NCBI GenBank assembly: GCA_025201805.1
Contig: MU619394.1
Coordinates: 2,777-66,776 of the forward strand
Source of the DNA: Parasitella parasitica NRRL 2501
Taxonomy: Eukaryota > Fungi > Mucoromycota
Direction of reading: 5' to 3'
Length of the DNA stretch: 64,000 nucleotides
Positions 60,313 to 64,000 of the stretch are shown here, in pieces. Under the pieces are notes generated by a model. It did no database searches. It saw only the letters and a list, made by a program, of their open reading frames with translations, and was not told the origin of the DNA. How positions within the stretch are numbered: the stretch's first letter is position 1; each line of letters opens with the position of its first letter. Both the position numbers and the translations under genes were made by a program.

Positions 60313-63300
60313 GTTAAAATAACACATTTGCACAACATTTCGCTGTGCGCATTATATTGGGTGAAACGGAGATGATTTTAAAGAGAACACATTCCAATAC
60401 TATTTTTTGAGATACTAAGCAATGAAAATTAGGGATATGCGCAATTTGCAATGGAAACATATTTCTGAGCTTGAATTTACCACTGCGAATACAGCTTTTT
60501 ATTGCAGTGAAGCACTTATTTCAATTAAGGAGCAGAGCATGAAACCCAAAAACAACCTGGTTATGTCTTTACATGAATCGATACCCAAGATGCTGTGAAA
60601 TATGAATATAAAAGCTATTTTCATGTGACTTTATGTTTAGGTTAAAATAAATGTCACCTAATCATGACCATCACCTTTTTCCCCGCTTAAAGGCATTAGT
60701 CTACAATCTCTGATATCTTTACAAACTAGTAAGTGATAAAGACACAACCTTCAGCCAACATCTTATTTTTTTGCGTCCTTCTACAGCATATCCAAGTTTC
60801 ATGCATCACTGACCATTTTTCAGATTTTGCTATGTTTGGACCCCAAACCTCAGATTCGATTTTCAATTTTCAACTTTGGATCAACCTTCAGGGTCATTTT
60901 TAGGTACGGATTTGAGGTCCAAACTAAGAATCAAGGCTAATACTAGTATGACAACTGTAACTCACTACGTCTTTCGATTCTCGATATCTATCTTTGTTGT
61001 CGAGATATTACCACAACTAGATTTTTCAGATTTTGCGGATTTTACAGTATATGTTCCTATTACAAGTACCTTATTTTGCAACTAAACCAAGTTGACATTC
61101 CTAAGTAAAGTAATAAAGCACATTTTGGTACACTTACTGGTGTTAAACATGTTGTACAAAAGCTCGAATTTGACAATCTAGAGCCAATTTTGTCTTTTTA
61201 CATTAAACTTTGTCCCCCTATTTCTCTACAAACCACTATGACAACTTGGGCTAAGTAATTACTAAAATATTTTTAAAACTTAGTTCTCTGCTAGTTGTAT
61301 TAGTGTTAGATAGACATGTCAAAAAAAAATTTTTTTCAGATGTTTTTAGCAGAGGCTTCATTTACTTTCACAGTTTTCAGAGCAGTAAATGGTATTTAAA
61401 GATACATGATATACCAATACTAAAATGGAGCTAAAAAATAGCTACCAAAAGATTTTAGTTTGGTCAGAAAATACCAATTTTTGAGCGAGAAACTCTCGAA
61501 AAACGACATTGATTTTTACCCTTTTGAATGGCTTCATTTTGGCCCTCTAAACATAGGACCGGAAAATGGTGGATTCATTTTGGTCGAGACAAGATTTTGA
61601 ATTTTGGCAGATATAATAAAGCTACAGTTGTAAAAAAAGTATTGATTTGTAGGCATTGACATGATGGTTTGTTTGGTCAACTTTATAGAGTTGAATGTGC
61701 TCAAAATATGCTTGATTTTACTTAAAAACTATCAAAAATGGCGTTTTTTGAATATTTGAAAATTGGTAATAAAAAAAGGTGTTTCCATAGCCTTGTAATA
61801 TATATGGTTGGGTGCAGAATTTATTTTTTGTCATAAAACACTTAGTTCGCATATCCGATATACCTATTGCATTTATGAGATATTTAGCAATGAACGATGC
61901 AAAAAAAATCTCGAAACTGCTTTGAGTCAAATGGAAACACAGTGCTGAGATTCAACCTACAGTCTTTTTTTTTCCGCTATAAAGGAGTGCATCACCTATT
62001 ATTCTCAATGTAATAAGAAAAAAAAAGCACGGCTCTAATAGGTAACTTGGGTATGATGTCTCAATACGAATCGATAGCCGGAATACCGCATAATAATACG
62101 AACTCAAAAACCATTTTTATATACTACCTTCATTTTTGGGTAAAGTTCATACCACCAAATCAAAGACATAACCCTTTTCCACGCTCAAAAGCATAATTTC
62201 CAATTACTGCTATGCTTACAAACTATTATGCGATGAAGGTACAACTTTCAGCTAAGAGAATTTCCATTTGAACTATTCTATATAACAACAACATATCCAA
62301 TTCTCAAATATTTCTGATCATTTTTCAGATTTTGCTATGAGTGTTATGTCAAAATAAGTCAGTAAAATGAACCTGTGAAATACATTCACCATGATGATCT
62401 GCATTCCACTTCTAGATTCATCCAGTTACCTTAAATTGATATAAACTACATATGCGCACAGATAATAAGATGTGCAATACAGATTTATACTATATAAGAT
62501 ATAAGCTAAAATCTTCGCATAGAAGATTGATCAGGGTACTACCTCGGGTAAATTCTATCTCCTCACTCAAATAGATTTAAGTTATCTTGAGTCTGCTGAT
62601 ATGTTGGTTAGCACAAAGTTAAGATGCTAGTTACGCAGTATTGTCGTACATGTTAAATTGCGAGAATAGAAGAACATTTATCCACAGTTTAAGTATATAT
62701 ATAAAGGTTCATCTACCTGGCCAGTAGATGAACTGGAGCTTTATACACCTGTCAATTTGATAATAAAACCTATACCTTTATCAAGTTGACTTTATTGTTT
62801 TTTTATTATAATTTTTTTCCGTGAATCCATATAACAGTTTATACCGATTCCACAGAATCTGCCAAAGATAGTTAAACTTTTATTAAAAATACATCCTCTG
62901 AATGTATTTATATAAACTAACATTATGTGCTAACGTCATCATACACAGCTGTAACCAACATTTATATATAGAGCATGCGGTGTAAATCCCTGATTTACCA
63001 CGTACATTGGCTTTTAGCCCCTTGATCTTGCTACAAGGTCTATGGCATGTTATTCATATAACAATGAGTTTGGACGCCACATCTCATATTAGATTTTCAA
63101 TTTGCAAATTTGCGTTAACCTTCAGGATCATTTTGAGTTATGGATTTAGGGTCCAAGGAAAGTATCTGCCTTGTTCTAGCACTAGAGTACAATATAACTG
63201 TATCTCGACCGCACTTTCCGAATTCCAATATATATCTTACTTGTCGAGATAACGCCAAAACAAAATTTTGCTGAATTTATTATAGCAAGTTATATGGATA

Positions 63301-63455
63301 AAGATTGATCAAGTCTTACGTCTATAAACGTCTACAGTTGTGTATTTGGAGTTTTACTGTGAGAGAGTCTTTATTAAGTTAAAATAGCACATTTGCACAA
63401 AATTTCGGTGTGCGCTTTATATTGGGTAAAACAGAGATAATTTTAAAGAGAACAC
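60313..63455. repeat. Mosaic of diverged non-coding direct repeats (probable DNA-transposon debris)
   Basis: ~60313-60391 matches ~63378-63455; ~60850-61030 matches ~63082-63275; ~60788-60835 matches ~62293-62340. Confidence 0.75.
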
Positions 63456-64000
63456 AATATTCTCTAATTATACGGGAAAAGATGCTCTCTTAAAAAAGAA
63501 TATATACATAATTTCAACGATTGCTTTGTCAAACTCACATTTAAGAGCAACTTGATTTGTGTCAATAAGGACAAAAAGCGTTTGGTATGCAGTAGTTTAC
63601 GCAACCTAAAAAAAAGCCTTCTTCTTGTGATTACAGATATATTTTGTTGTTTTTGCTTTATTCTACATGTTTATTGAACGGAACAAATACTCTGTTTGTA
63701 GAGTGTAAAGACACTGCTAAGAATCTAGAGAATACTGTAAATTACCTATTAGCTTTAGAAGTATGTCTTCCACAATCTTTGTTTATAAATTAAAGTATAA
63801 AAAATCGGACAATTTGGCCTAAAATCAAAATTTAGGTTTTTCTGTTTAATCCAGTTAATTTTCAGTAATGTTGTGCCAGAAAGGCATGAGATTAAGCAGT
63901 TATTAGATTGGTAATTCTTTGTATACAATGACAAGGAATAAGCTATTAATGTACAATAGAACATGTTGTAATACACTTGGTATTACATACCAAGTTCAAT

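Noticed and set aside
1-64000. tRNA or rRNA genes
   Set aside because: None recognised by eye; tRNAscan-SE or Infernal would be needed to exclude them.

Overview
AT-rich, intron-containing eukaryotic DNA. The short GT-AG introns, gene content and repeat types point to a Mucorales fungus (inference). About 17 mostly housekeeping genes are present: velvet factor, Nuc1/EndoG nuclease, seryl-tRNA synthetase, mitochondrial carrier, Rrp41, Rax2, Abp1, MaoC dehydratase, ABCC transporter, aspartic protease, GATA factor, S10 carboxypeptidase, SAMHD1-like dNTPase, CAMK-group kinase, ankyrin protein and patatin lipase. Three accessory islands interrupt them (about 18.3-23.9 kb, 33.3-38.5 kb and 59.6-64 kb). 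The main finding is an intron-containing Fanzor gene (eukaryotic TnpB/Cas12-type RNA-guided nuclease) at about 33409-34958 on the minus strand. It retains all three RuvC acidic residues and a Zn finger. It ends 325 bp upstream of the ABC-transporter start codon. This copy looks decayed: one in-frame stop, one homopolymer frameshift and no recognisable N-terminus. Also notable are a 480-bp pogo-type MITE with perfect 23-bp TIRs, and a 270-370-bp tandem repeat in front of an intron-rich gene for a restriction-endonuclease-fold-like protein. All gene models were spliced by eye and no database search was run.
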